DNA of 64,000 bases from a virus, in IMG/VR virus record IMGVR_UViG_3300033146_001643, positions 1 to 64,000 of that record; one strand, written 5' to 3'. Position 1 is the first letter of the stretch, and each line of letters opens with the position of its first letter. Below, piece by piece: positions 1-10,903 of this stretch. The translations under genes were made by a program, and so were the position numbers. Under the pieces are notes generated by a model. The model was not told the DNA's origin. It did not search any database and saw only the letters and a program-made list of their open reading frames with translations.

Positions 1-1
1 A

Positions 2-76
2 ATATTACAAGCAGATGTACAAGTGTTATTGCAAATGCCAAAAGATATAACTGCTAATGATGAAGCTGATGCTTAA
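2..76 (+). CDS. 3' end of a truncated upstream gene, probably a crAss-like tail ring/structural protein
   Basis: Open frame from the window edge reads ILQADVQVLLQMPKDITANDEADA* (TAA 74-76) and overlaps the next ATG at 69. Position precedes the IHF-like/ring/muzzle genes as in crAss-like phages. Confidence 0.5.
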   Translation: MLQADVQVLLQMPKDITANDEADA

Positions 77-590
77 TAGATACGCAAGCGGCGAATTAAG
101 AAGTTACTTCTATAAAAAATACGGTAGGGTTGTAGAGCCAGCTATGTACATGAGAATATTAAAAGCTGTTAATAAAGCTATAGTGGAACATGTATTAGCT
201 GGCTATATTTATATGATGCCAGTTGGTTTAGGTAGACTTTACATATCGAAGAGAATCCCAAAAGTTACAACTAAGACTATTAATGGGAAGTTAGTACCAA
301 TAGGTAGATACGTAGACTTTGGCGAGACTAATAAGTTACGTAAAAAAATACAACCTACATGGACTAACAACGATTGGAAAAAACTAGCTAAAGAAGATAG
401 ACCTGTAGTTATGTATGATAATAGTCATTCTGATGGTTATAGGTATATAATAACCTGGTCTAAAAAAGTAATAGCTGTGCGTAATTCTAAATTTTATGCA
501 TTTAGACCGGTACGAGCATTTAAACGAGAACTGGCGTATAGAATAAAAACACAAGTAATTCCAAAATATTATGAAACAAAGTTCAATTGA
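69..590 (+). CDS. crAss-like IHF/HU-fold protein of the tail module
   Basis: Basic protein with HU-like YMMPVGLGRLYI and FYAFRPVRAFKRELA. Lies just upstream of the ring and muzzle genes. Likely start is ATG 69, coupled to the upstream stop; the ORF track gives 57. Confidence 0.65.
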   Translation: MLNRYASGELRSYFYKKYGRVVEPAMYMRILKAVNKAIVEHVLAGYIYMMPVGLGRLYISKRIPKVTTKTINGKLVPIGRYVDFGETNKLRKKIQPTWTNNDWKKLAKEDRPVVMYDNSHSDGYRYIITWSKKVIAVRNSKFYAFRPVRAFKRELAYRIKTQVIPKYYETKFN

Positions 591-1254
591 TTTTCTTATA
601 GAGAAAGTTAAAAAAAACCTACCTGACCAATTACAAATAAATAGAGATGATGTTGTAGAGTGGGTTTGGGAATCTATAAATTTAATAGGTATATCTTATG
701 GATTTGCTAATACTACTGAATATATAAATATAGCTAATTATGTAGGGATAATACCTGCTTGGGTATCTAAAATTGATAGTGTAGTATTATTAAGTACTAC
801 TGCTACATTGGTAGAAATCATAAAAAACAAAGAAGACTACACAAAAGGGGTTAAATTATCACTAGTTGATAATAATGGGAAGCCTGTTAGTATGACTACA
901 ACAGAGAATCAATATACTGTAACTGGTAGAATGATTAAAACTAATGTTAAGACAGGTGTAGTTAAAGCTGAATGTTTGTCTATACCGCTTAGTCCTGAAG
1001 GTGAGCCTACTATACCAGAAGAAATACATTATATTAATGCTGTAATGTGGTATATAACATATAAATACTTATGGCGAGCAACCTTAAATAACCCACAAAT
1101 GTACGCACAAATTGCTCAAAAAGCTGAACAAGAATGGTATTTTTATAACAAAGCTGCTAAATCAAATGCTTTAATACAAACTGAAGATGGGCTACGTAAA
1201 TTAGTAACTAACTACCTGCGTTTATTACCTAACTTAAATGATATAATAAAATGA
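571..1254 (+). CDS. Tail tubular/ring protein (P22 gp4-like, crAss type)
   Basis: 227 aa with DVVEWVWESINLIG, IPLSPEGEPTIP and AVMWYITYK. Position between the IHF-like and muzzle genes. Confidence 0.7.
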   Translation: MKQSSIDFLIEKVKKNLPDQLQINRDDVVEWVWESINLIGISYGFANTTEYINIANYVGIIPAWVSKIDSVVLLSTTATLVEIIKNKEDYTKGVKLSLVDNNGKPVSMTTTENQYTVTGRMIKTNVKTGVVKAECLSIPLSPEGEPTIPEEIHYINAVMWYITYKYLWRATLNNPQMYAQIAQKAEQEWYFYNKAAKSNALIQTEDGLRKLVTNYLRLLPNLNDIIK

Positions 1255-4200
1255 TAGAGCAAGCAACTAATGGATACATAGAGGGAATTGATAGAGATAA
1301 ATCCCCACAATTACCAAATAACTCAACTATGTGGAATAATGAAAATTTTAGAGTTATTACACAAGAGGGTGATAGTACCACAGCTTTATCTAATGTAAAA
1401 GGTAATGCTAGAATATTAGCTACAGACAATACTGTTTTAAAAGTAGAAGATGACGAACATATAATAGGACATGGTGTTATACAAAATGACATAGTTTTAT
1501 TTACTGTGTCTAATGAGTTAGCTTCTAATAAATTACCTAAAGAAGCTAATATCTATTTATACAAATGGCAAGATTCTACTGGAAAATTTGTTCCTAGAAT
1601 ATTACTTTATAATGATGCTGTTAATAGCACAGTAGCAGGATTTAATTTACAAAATGCAATTACTGTAATAACAAGACATGAAACTAATTTTGTGCGTAAA
1701 GTTTACTGGACTGATAATACAAATATAATTAGATATGTAAATATCGCTCCAGATATAGATGACGATGGTGAGGCTAAAGATGGATATTTAGTAACAGACT
1801 ACACTAAGGTACAAAACATGGATATAGAGGATTTTAACATATTACAAAATATGGATATGATAACCCCTGAATTTGATGGTTATGCTAGTGGAGAATTATA
1901 TTCTGGTATGATACAATTTAACTATAGATTTTATAATGTATTTGGTACTGAAAGTATGTTTAATAATGCCAGTGAGCTAATTCCTATCACAGCTGATAGT
2001 CTTATGAGTAATACTCAAAAGATTAAAGGTTCAATGCCAGATACAAATTGTAAAAAATCTGTTAAGGGTAAACTATTATTATCTGGTAATAATTTAAACT
2101 TTGATAGAGTAGAAATTGTATCGTTACATTATGGGGGTATAAATGGAAAACCTACAATAAATGTTATAGATATAATCAAAATAGATAATACTAATGGAGC
2201 ATACACCATACATTTTGAAGATATAGGATTAAATTATATAAATAGTTTAGATTTATCTGAATATAGGGAAATAAAGGCTGATTATGTATGTAAAACCTTA
2301 GAATCTAAAGATGATAGATTATTTATTGGTAATATAACAGAGCAATATTTTGACTTAGATTATGATGCTAGGGCTTATAGATATTCTGACGCAAATAATA
2401 CTAAAGCAGTTGTATATATGGAAAATGGCACAGCGGTAACAGATGATAGGTATGAAATAGATGATAGTGGTAATTGGTCTAAAATAGTTAGCGGAGTTGT
2501 AGTTGATACAGGAACTAATTGGGAATTACCAGAAGATGCTAACGCTATTAATAGGTATAATGACCTTAATAATGATACAGCCGGCTTATACGATTTTACT
2601 AATAGTGCTGGCTCTACTTCTCCTGGAGCTACTGGTGCAAATGTTACGTGTTGGATACAATCTACTGATGTACAAGTAATAGATGAAGCATCTGAGGACG
2701 GTACATTTTATATAGAAGATAATTACGGTTATAGAGATTGGTATTATGGTAAACAACGTGGGTATGCTAGAGGAGAAATATACAGATTTGGCGTTGTCTT
2801 TTATGATACTAAAGGTAGGCAAAGTTTTGTTAAATGGATAGCTGATTTACGTATGCCTAACTCGATAGAAGCTGTACCATTTAATTTATCCAGTAAGGTA
2901 AATGCATTTAATTTGATACCTAAATTCTTTATTTCAAACATACCGCTAGATAAGTACGGCAATGCTTGCTCATACCAAATAGTTAGGGTTAAGCGAGAGC
3001 TGTACGATAGAACTGTTATACTTACTGCTGGTGTACAAAATACTGGTAAATATTCGACTACTAATGATTATCTAAGTAGGAGAAATCAATATGATACAAG
3101 TATCCCTGCTGGTGCATCTCCGATGCTATATGAATTATTATCACCAGAATTAGAAATACAAAATATAGATTTACATGATACTTATTTAGAAGTATATTCT
3201 AAATATAAAGACCCAATAAAGACTACACTAACTAGTAGAAATGCTGGTACTTTCCCAGAATTATTAGTAAGTTGTAAGTATAAAGCACTATTAGCTGGGA
3301 GTTATAAAAAAACTAATATATTATCTAGTACTATTATTAATACTATTCCACATAAACATAATTCAACGCCAGCATCTTCTGGAGGGCTACCAAAAACTAC
3401 ATTAGCTATTAATACGTATTCAGCTACTACTGTGGGTAACACCGCAAGTAATTCTGGTAGGAGTGCGATGCTCCCATTTACATTAATAGAAGTAGAGGAC
3501 ACTCTTGGTATCATAACATTAAGTTATGCTAAAGTCAGAAGAGCTATATTTGGGTATGGCGGTAATTCATACACAGATAGAACTAATAATACTTATATTA
3601 TAGCTGGTGATATAAATGGACAAAAAGCTATTTATGGAGATACAGTAATAAACTACTTTGATAGAATTAGAAATACTGTAACAGCTAATTTTGATAGTAG
3701 TGGTGAACTTGGTCATGTAGCTAATATTGATAAAGCACCAGGTAACGAGAATGAAGGTACTACTAACGTATCATATTTTCCAATAGAGACTTCTATTATA
3801 TTACCATTACTAGCTGATGATGCTCCGCATAAAATGTATAATAATACGTGGACATATCTTTTACGTAATAAAGATAATAGAAAAGTATTTAGTTGTGGTG
3901 ATGATGGTGGAGTTATTACTTTAGATTACCCTGATTTATATAAGTATAATATGGTATATAGTATGGAACATATTGATAAGATATTTTTTCCAAAACCATT
4001 TGACTGGCAAAAAATAACTAAGTATGATGTACGTATACGCTGGAGTGATACTAAATTTAATGGCGAAGAACGAGATTCATGGCTTAAATTCAGAGCTAAT
4101 AATATGCAAGACGTAGATACAGCTTACGGAAGTTTAAATCAACTGGTTAATTTTAAAAATAATATATATGCGTTCCAAGAAAATGGTTTTTGTTTATTAC

Positions 4201-5129
4201 CGATTAATGAAAGAGCATTAACATCTGGTACATCTGGTAGTGTTACTACATTAGGCGAAGGAGCTGTGCTACCTAAACACATGAATTATGCTGTTGGCAG
4301 TACTAATGTTGGATTACAACATACTAATCATGTTGTTCAGTCTCTACAAGCTTTATATTGGTTAGATACAAATAAGCGTAAAGCTTATAGATTTTCAGGT
4401 AGATTGGATAGTTTAGGCGACATAAAAGGATTATCTGCTTATTTTAGAGACACATTAGAATATAATACTACTTTTACAGGGATTTATAACAATCAATATG
4501 CGGAAGTAATGTTTACTTTCAATAATACGACATTAGTGTTTAATGAGATATTAGATAAATTTCAGGGCTGGTTTACACTTAATGCAGCTAGATATATAAA
4601 AACTCCTATATTACTATTATCTACTAAGGATAGTATTGAGTTGTGGCAGCATGACGTTGGGGATAGAGTTGCTTGGTATGGTGATTTATATGTTAGTATA
4701 GTAGAATTAATAGTTAATCCTAATGGTAGTATAACTAAAGAATTTAATAACATATTATATATGTCAGAAGTGTTTGATAAAAATACTAGTATAGATAGAG
4801 CTGACAAAACATTAAATCATATACAAGCTAGCAATGATTATATAGTATCAGATAATATAACATTACTACCATATAAACCTAATGATATATTATATACAGG
4901 GGGGTTAGAAATACCAATTACAGCCCCTAGTACTGTTAAAAATATTAGGCGTAGAGAACGTATGTGGCACACTACTATACCTAGAGTCAATAGTAACAAT
5001 ATTAATTTAGATAATTATAGAATGCGTGATGCGTTTGTTAAATTAAAACTTACTTATGATAATATAAGCCAAGATAGGTTTCTATTATATAATATAAATA
5101 CACTATATAGAATAGCTGATAAAACATAA
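1251..5129 (+). CDS. Tail stabilization/muzzle protein (P22 gp10-like)
   Basis: 1292 aa, beta-rich. Motifs GIDRDKS, ALSNVKGN, VYWTDN, KDDRLFIGNI, GYARGEIYRFGVVFYD, WSDTKFNGE and RMRDAFVKLKL are typical of crAss-like muzzle proteins. Confidence 0.85.
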   Translation: MIEQATNGYIEGIDRDKSPQLPNNSTMWNNENFRVITQEGDSTTALSNVKGNARILATDNTVLKVEDDEHIIGHGVIQNDIVLFTVSNELASNKLPKEANIYLYKWQDSTGKFVPRILLYNDAVNSTVAGFNLQNAITVITRHETNFVRKVYWTDNTNIIRYVNIAPDIDDDGEAKDGYLVTDYTKVQNMDIEDFNILQNMDMITPEFDGYASGELYSGMIQFNYRFYNVFGTESMFNNASELIPITADSLMSNTQKIKGSMPDTNCKKSVKGKLLLSGNNLNFDRVEIVSLHYGGINGKPTINVIDIIKIDNTNGAYTIHFEDIGLNYINSLDLSEYREIKADYVCKTLESKDDRLFIGNITEQYFDLDYDARAYRYSDANNTKAVVYMENGTAVTDDRYEIDDSGNWSKIVSGVVVDTGTNWELPEDANAINRYNDLNNDTAGLYDFTNSAGSTSPGATGANVTCWIQSTDVQVIDEASEDGTFYIEDNYGYRDWYYGKQRGYARGEIYRFGVVFYDTKGRQSFVKWIADLRMPNSIEAVPFNLSSKVNAFNLIPKFFISNIPLDKYGNACSYQIVRVKRELYDRTVILTAGVQNTGKYSTTNDYLSRRNQYDTSIPAGASPMLYELLSPELEIQNIDLHDTYLEVYSKYKDPIKTTLTSRNAGTFPELLVSCKYKALLAGSYKKTNILSSTIINTIPHKHNSTPASSGGLPKTTLAINTYSATTVGNTASNSGRSAMLPFTLIEVEDTLGIITLSYAKVRRAIFGYGGNSYTDRTNNTYIIAGDINGQKAIYGDTVINYFDRIRNTVTANFDSSGELGHVANIDKAPGNENEGTTNVSYFPIETSIILPLLADDAPHKMYNNTWTYLLRNKDNRKVFSCGDDGGVITLDYPDLYKYNMVYSMEHIDKIFFPKPFDWQKITKYDVRIRWSDTKFNGEERDSWLKFRANNMQDVDTAYGSLNQLVNFKNNIYAFQENGFCLLPINERALTSGTSGSVTTLGEGAVLPKHMNYAVGSTNVGLQHTNHVVQSLQALYWLDTNKRKAYRFSGRLDSLGDIKGLSAYFRDTLEYNTTFTGIYNNQYAEVMFTFNNTTLVFNEILDKFQGWFTLNAARYIKTPILLLSTKDSIELWQHDVGDRVAWYGDLYVSIVELIVNPNGSITKEFNNILYMSEVFDKNTSIDRADKTLNHIQASNDYIVSDNITLLPYKPNDILYTGGLEIPITAPSTVKNIRRRERMWHTTIPRVNSNNINLDNYRMRDAFVKLKLTYDNISQDRFLLYNINTLYRIADKT

Positions 5130-5130
5130 T

Positions 5131-6417
5131 ATGAAAAAACGTAAAATAGGTATGGGGGGCACAATTGGTAGCATAGCTGGTGGTGTTCTAGGGCAGGCTT
5201 TAATCCCAATTCCTGGAGTAGGGGCAACAATAGGTAAAACTGTTGGTGGTATGGCTGGGAATGCTATAGATAGCGGTATAGAGCAGAAAAAGGCTAATGC
5301 TGAACAAGCACAACAAATTGCTTTGCAACAAGCTCAAATGCACTTACAACAACAACAAGTAAATAATACTACTAGTAATCAATATGCTGGTGGTGGTAAT
5401 ATAAATAACAATAATGATAATAACATGGCAATAAACAGATATGAAGGTGGAGGCACACTAGCCGATTATTACCAAAGTAATAACAAACCATTTGAATCAG
5501 TACAGCAACGTAGAGAAAATGCTGTTAATAATTTAGGATTTACACCAGAACAAGCACAACAAATAGGTTCACCAGAGGGAAACGCAGCTTATTTACAAGC
5601 ACTACAAGGAACAAATAATAATAGGAATGCAGCGCAGACAACAATAAGAAATACTACTAATGCCAATACAACTTTATCTAATCCTAATAATACAGCTGGG
5701 CAAACAGAATTTTCAGGGGATACAGAGGCACAAGCTAATAGTAATTATATGGGTAATGGACAACGAGGAGACGGTTCAGCTAGTGAGGGTAATTGGCAAT
5801 ATGGTAATACTAATATTGGTAGTAATGGAACAACTGGGTTAGACGCTATTAATAATTCTAATGCTGATAGAAATAATCCAAATTCACAAACTACCATGCG
5901 TAGAACTATAATTATGCCTAATGGCAGAGAGCGAGAAGCTTTTTATGATGCAAATACTAACGAATTGTTTACTAAAAATAGAAGAGGACAATTTACTCCA
6001 GTAGGTGCAAATAATGCTATATTTGCTAGCAGAGACGAAAATAATATTAATGGGTCTGTTTCATCGGCAGATGAAGTAAAAGCTAGAATAGAATTAGCAA
6101 CATTGCCAGAAGCTAATAGTGCTAATAGAATTACAAGTGCAGACAACAAGTATGAATTAATAAAAATGGCTGATGATAGAGGTGGAATAACATATCTAAC
6201 TAGAAAAGTTGGTAATACTGGTAGGTGGAGAAATGTTAGGGATAGTAACATATTAGATGAATATATATCTATAACAGGTAGAGAACCTGATATTGATACT
6301 AAAATGCAAGCTATATTTGATAACCCAGAAACATTCACAACTGGTGGTGGTACACAATCAAGTTATGCTGATGATAGAAGAAGAACTCCGGCAAATACAA
6401 CTAATTCACAACGATAA
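5131..6417 (+). CDS. Virion cargo/ejection protein with Gly-rich hydrophobic N-terminus
   Basis: N-terminus MKKRKIGMGGTIGSIAGGVLGQALIPIPGVGATIG, then Q/N-rich segments and several xxGG motifs. Follows the muzzle gene. Confidence 0.6.
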   Translation: MKKRKIGMGGTIGSIAGGVLGQALIPIPGVGATIGKTVGGMAGNAIDSGIEQKKANAEQAQQIALQQAQMHLQQQQVNNTTSNQYAGGGNINNNNDNNMAINRYEGGGTLADYYQSNNKPFESVQQRRENAVNNLGFTPEQAQQIGSPEGNAAYLQALQGTNNNRNAAQTTIRNTTNANTTLSNPNNTAGQTEFSGDTEAQANSNYMGNGQRGDGSASEGNWQYGNTNIGSNGTTGLDAINNSNADRNNPNSQTTMRRTIIMPNGREREAFYDANTNELFTKNRRGQFTPVGANNAIFASRDENNINGSVSSADEVKARIELATLPEANSANRITSADNKYELIKMADDRGGITYLTRKVGNTGRWRNVRDSNILDEYISITGREPDIDTKMQAIFDNPETFTTGGGTQSSYADDRRRTPANTTNSQR

Positions 6418-8027
6418 TGGCTGATATATTAGGAACAAAATTTACAGAGTACTCTGGAGCTACACACGAAAAAGGTGGTGTAACTTTAGGAGACACTAAT
6501 AATGAAGTAGAGGGTGGGGAGACTAGATACAATGATTTTGTATTTAGTGATAGAATACTCGTTCCAGAAACTAGAAAGACTTTTGCTGAAATAAGTAAAG
6601 CTATTAAAAAGAAATACTCTAACAGACCAAATGATACTATAGCATTAAGAAGTTTAGAGAAAGAATTAAAAGTTTTAGCTAAAACACAAGAGGCACTAAA
6701 ACAAGATATAGCTCCTAAACCGAGTCAAGATGAAATACGAGCACAACAAGCACAACAAGCTCAAATGCAGAGTAATCAACCACAACAACCACAACAACCA
6801 CAACAACAAGAGCAACAACCGTTTGTGCAGAAACAACAAATGCAACAACCCCAAGTAAGACAACCAATACAACAAGCTTTTGGTGGAGTCATTAATAAAC
6901 TAGGTGGCGGAACAACTAATCCTGATGGTATAGATGGTACTGAAGTTAGTAATAAAAATGCTAATGGTAATTATATAGTAATATTAAATGATGCTGGTAA
7001 ATATGAATTTACAGATGATAGTGGAATTGTTAGACAATTAACCCCTAATCAAGTTACAGCATATACATCTAATGGAGTTGATTTAACTGAAACTGGTCTA
7101 CCACCTATTGCGGATACTAGGTATAATACACAATGGCAACAATCATTTGGTGCTGATGGACAAACTGGGCAAGTAAATACAGCTATTGGTGGACAAGGAG
7201 TGGAGCGTGTTGACGCTAATACTGGGGAGATTACCACAGCTGAAACTTATGGTAATATACAACAACCTACAACTTCTACACGTGGAATAACTGATACTAA
7301 TTTATCTACTCCATCAACCCCTAATATTCAAAGACAGCCGCGGGTATTATTAGATACCCCGCAAGCTGACCCTGTATCTCCTGGTGGCAAAGAACAAGAA
7401 ACAGGTAAATTTGGTACTACTCTTGGTGGTTATATAACTAAAGGGCAGGTTGCTAATCTTGGTGGTTTATATGATATATACAGAGGGTTAAGAGGCGGTA
7501 GTCCTGAATATTATGATAGAATTAAAGCAGCTAAGTTAGAACAATTAGACCCGACTAGAAATATACAACAACAACAAGAAGTTGGCAATGCTACATATAA
7601 TAGGATTAGACAAGTCGGCGGACAAGGATTAGGGCAATTTTTAAATAATACAACACAGGCAGGTACAGCTACAGAAGCTAATATAGCTAATGTACAATCA
7701 CAGTATGATAATGCTAATGTTGGAATCCGCAATCAAGAAGCTATGAATAGACAACAAGTACAAGGACAAAATATAGGATTAGATATTCAACAAAATGATA
7801 TTAACGCTAGAGAAAGAGATGAAGCAAGTAATACATTACAAAGAGGATTAACGGCTACTGGGGAACAATTAGGGGTGTCAATGAAAGACGCTGCTACACG
7901 TAAACAAGAAGATTGGGTTTTAAATAATTTAATTAAGACGGGTGATTATGCCTATGTAAGAGATGCTAACGGTAATTTAGTATTAACTAAAACATCAGGT
8001 AATACTGCTACTACAACTACACCGTAA
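6417..8027 (+). CDS. crAss-like conserved cargo protein
   Basis: Motif GATHEKGGV...EVEGGE...FVFSDR...TFAE, which I recognise from crAss-like cargo proteins, then a Q/P-rich linker and a coiled-coil C-terminus. Translationally coupled to the upstream gene (TAATG). Confidence 0.7.
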   Translation: MADILGTKFTEYSGATHEKGGVTLGDTNNEVEGGETRYNDFVFSDRILVPETRKTFAEISKAIKKKYSNRPNDTIALRSLEKELKVLAKTQEALKQDIAPKPSQDEIRAQQAQQAQMQSNQPQQPQQPQQQEQQPFVQKQQMQQPQVRQPIQQAFGGVINKLGGGTTNPDGIDGTEVSNKNANGNYIVILNDAGKYEFTDDSGIVRQLTPNQVTAYTSNGVDLTETGLPPIADTRYNTQWQQSFGADGQTGQVNTAIGGQGVERVDANTGEITTAETYGNIQQPTTSTRGITDTNLSTPSTPNIQRQPRVLLDTPQADPVSPGGKEQETGKFGTTLGGYITKGQVANLGGLYDIYRGLRGGSPEYYDRIKAAKLEQLDPTRNIQQQQEVGNATYNRIRQVGGQGLGQFLNNTTQAGTATEANIANVQSQYDNANVGIRNQEAMNRQQVQGQNIGLDIQQNDINARERDEASNTLQRGLTATGEQLGVSMKDAATRKQEDWVLNNLIKTGDYAYVRDANGNLVLTKTSGNTATTTTP

Positions 8028-8052
8028 TAGCTTAGAATAACAAGTATGAATT

Positions 8053-8110
8053 AATAGTGCTTGTAGTAGATAGTTTCGTGGTTTGCTATCTTGCTACTTG
8101 CACTATTTTT
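8053..8110 (+). terminator. Long hairpin followed by a T-run, likely intrinsic terminator
   Basis: AATAGTGC (8053-8060) pairs with GCACTATT (8100-8107). Inner GTAGTAGATAG pairs with CTATCTTGCTAC. T-rich sequence follows. Confidence 0.5.
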
Positions 8111-8117
8111 ATTATAC

Positions 8118-8127
8118 TATATTTACA
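8118..8127 (+). promoter_or_regulatory. Bacteroidota-like -7 element variant TATATTTACA
   Basis: One mismatch to TAnnTTTG, about 30 nt upstream of ATG 8156, followed by an A-rich leader. Confidence 0.4.
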
Positions 8128-8155
8128 CCAATAATAACTAAAAAAATATAAGTAT

Positions 8156-10897
8156 ATGGCACGATATTATCAAAGTTGGCGTTCACAGCCACAATCACAA
8201 TTTGTAGAAAGACCTTTGGCACTCATGCAACAACGATTAGATGAGAGACAACAAGAGAGAGATTACCTAAATTCACAACTACAAGGAGATATGCAAGGTT
8301 CATTTATGCCTGGAGCTACAGCAGATGAACAAATGTTTAATGATATGCAAAATGGATTTAATACTGACATGGGGACAGCTAGGGAGATGTTACAAAATAC
8401 AGATGATTTAGATGCGGTTAGTAATTATATCAGTGGTGTTAGAAATAGATATGGCTTTAGTGGTGGAACAGGTGCAGGAATTACATCTAATAATACCAGT
8501 GGCTCTCCTGGAACTAGCCGAAGTTCCACGTCTACTTCTGGTGGAGATAATTTAGGTACAGGTAGATATGAATACGGTACTAGGCAAGATGCAGCAATAG
8601 CTAATAGAGCAGCTTATTGGGAGCAAAGTGAAGCTATAGACAAACTTATGGAGGACGGTGATATGAATGAGGCTGATAAATGGTATTTTTTAGATAAAAC
8701 TGTTAGTGATTACAATGAACGTATGCAAAATAATCAAAGTGGTAGAGGTGAATATGTAAACTTTGATAGGGAATTACGCGTTAATGAAGATGAATATATA
8801 GATGATTTATCTAAAGGGTGGAACTCTGACGGTGGGTTTAGTCAAAACAGTAATGGTGATTTTATTGATGTTGTTACTAATGAAGTAATCCCTGAATCTG
8901 ATGTACATGATTGGGGTGTTAGTCAAATAATGAATAATGATGCTATAATTAATGGTTGGAGGCGAGATTTTGCTTATGGGCAGCATAATGGAACTATTAA
9001 TAATACTGCATTAACAACTAATGCTTTAGCTAGAAGTTATAATTCTGATATAGCTGAAGCTAAAGCACAAGCAGCAGCCCATGGACAACAATATACAGCT
9101 CCAACATTTGAGGAATATAAAGCTCAGAAATTAGCTACTATGGACGAAAATTCATTATCTAATATACAATTTAATGAATATATTAATACACAAGCTGATA
9201 GAGCTGCTACTGATTTAGCTACTAAACTAGGATTCCATAAATCTAAGGTTGTTAAATATAGAGACCCTGCTGCGGAATTACGTTATACGAACGCTGCGGC
9301 TGAATTTGAGTATAATCTTCAAAATAAGACTACTGTGTCTTATGTACCAAGTGGTACTTCTAATGGTGCTACTGCCTTAGAAGTATTAGACGCAGCTTCT
9401 ACAGATGCTAATATTGCAACAACTAAAGCACCTGAATTACAACAGAATTATGATAATGCTTTTAATGCTTTTGCTGGGGCTGTTTTTACAAATACTGGCA
9501 AGTCGCAACAATTAGTATCTGCATTTAATACTGATACTGGCGGTAATGTTCTTAATTGGTTATCTAATGTTAATAGTGTTATGTATGGAGATAAATTAAC
9601 TGATGAATCCAGTAGATTGCTAGTATCTAATCCTATTACAGGTAATGTAGCTTTGGGGGATAATGCTAGAAATGAATATGAGAGGTTAAATAGTACTAAT
9701 TTATCTGATACAGAGTGGAATCAAGTACGTAGAACATTAAATGAGAGTATTGCTAGTATAAATGAAAGTCAATCAGCTGTTAGGACTAATAATGTACTAT
9801 TAGCTGCTGCTAATAATACACAAAATGTTATTCGGGGAAATGCTATTGATGAGCTTGGCGGCGATGAATTTTTACAAGCTGGGTATCACCAATATTTAGT
9901 TCAAACTGGAAATGAAGATGATTTATCATTTGAAGATTTTTCTAAAGCATACTATAGTAATAATGCTAGTAGTGGGTTATTAGCAGAAGTACAAACTGCG
10001 TTTGTTGCTGCTGGTACGGCTAATAGAGATAATAGGTATGCTACTGAATTAACTAATGTATTTACTGAAATGAATAAAATAGTTAATAACCAAATAACTA
10101 ATTCAAATTATGATGCTGGGGTGGTAAGCTTTAGTGTTGATTATGATAAAGCTGGCACAGCATATAACGCATACAGCGATAGATTAATACAAACTATGAA
10201 TAATGAGGGTGTACTTAGTTCATTAGTACTAACTGACGGCACATTTGCAGCACAAGCATTATTTGAAGGACGCGGTTCTTTTGATACTGACAAACCTTAT
10301 AGTATAGTAGATATGTCAGAGCAGCGAGATAATAGGGGCGGGGTCTCAACTGTATTAACATTTAAACAAGGCGATGAAACTAAAACAATTACATATTATA
10401 ATAATGTTAATTCTGAAATAATAGGTAATGGGCATACAAATTTACAGACTGATGCTGCTGATGCTTGTATTGAAACAATTAGTGTTAATAGAGGTAGTGC
10501 TAATGCTTCAATGCCTTATCAAAGTACAACTGGTTGGAGTCAGCAAGATAATGTTTTAGCTACACAACTCGGAAGTAATAATACGCAAACTGTTGAAAGT
10601 TCTGCTATGATAGATGGAGTATTACGTGGAAGTGATGGTGAATATACTGATGTTAATTCTCCAGTAAGCGGTAATAATTATAGAGTAACTAATACAGGTA
10701 ATAATACTGTTAGAATTGATTTAGTATTACCTAATGGAGATACTATGCCTGTAACTACTAACCCTATTGCTAATCAAACAGGAGTGTTTGAGACTATAGG
10801 GAAACAAGAATATGTAACAATCGCAACTGGTAATTTTGCTAAAAATAATGCTTATACTAATACTAATATAAACGAACAGTTAAATCCTGCTAATTAA
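8156..10897 (+). CDS. Large virion cargo/ejection protein
   Basis: 913 aa, N-terminus MARYYQ...SQFVERPL. Immediately upstream of the virion RNAP, the usual crAss cargo position. Confidence 0.6.
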   Translation: MARYYQSWRSQPQSQFVERPLALMQQRLDERQQERDYLNSQLQGDMQGSFMPGATADEQMFNDMQNGFNTDMGTAREMLQNTDDLDAVSNYISGVRNRYGFSGGTGAGITSNNTSGSPGTSRSSTSTSGGDNLGTGRYEYGTRQDAAIANRAAYWEQSEAIDKLMEDGDMNEADKWYFLDKTVSDYNERMQNNQSGRGEYVNFDRELRVNEDEYIDDLSKGWNSDGGFSQNSNGDFIDVVTNEVIPESDVHDWGVSQIMNNDAIINGWRRDFAYGQHNGTINNTALTTNALARSYNSDIAEAKAQAAAHGQQYTAPTFEEYKAQKLATMDENSLSNIQFNEYINTQADRAATDLATKLGFHKSKVVKYRDPAAELRYTNAAAEFEYNLQNKTTVSYVPSGTSNGATALEVLDAASTDANIATTKAPELQQNYDNAFNAFAGAVFTNTGKSQQLVSAFNTDTGGNVLNWLSNVNSVMYGDKLTDESSRLLVSNPITGNVALGDNARNEYERLNSTNLSDTEWNQVRRTLNESIASINESQSAVRTNNVLLAAANNTQNVIRGNAIDELGGDEFLQAGYHQYLVQTGNEDDLSFEDFSKAYYSNNASSGLLAEVQTAFVAAGTANRDNRYATELTNVFTEMNKIVNNQITNSNYDAGVVSFSVDYDKAGTAYNAYSDRLIQTMNNEGVLSSLVLTDGTFAAQALFEGRGSFDTDKPYSIVDMSEQRDNRGGVSTVLTFKQGDETKTITYYNNVNSEIIGNGHTNLQTDAADACIETISVNRGSANASMPYQSTTGWSQQDNVLATQLGSNNTQTVESSAMIDGVLRGSDGEYTDVNSPVSGNNYRVTNTGNNTVRIDLVLPNGDTMPVTTNPIANQTGVFETIGKQEYVTIATGNFAKNNAYTNTNINEQLNPAN

Positions 10898-10903
10898 TAT
10901 ATT

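Noticed and set aside
6745-6875. CAA-rich repeats
   Set aside because: Explained by a Gln/Pro low-complexity protein linker.
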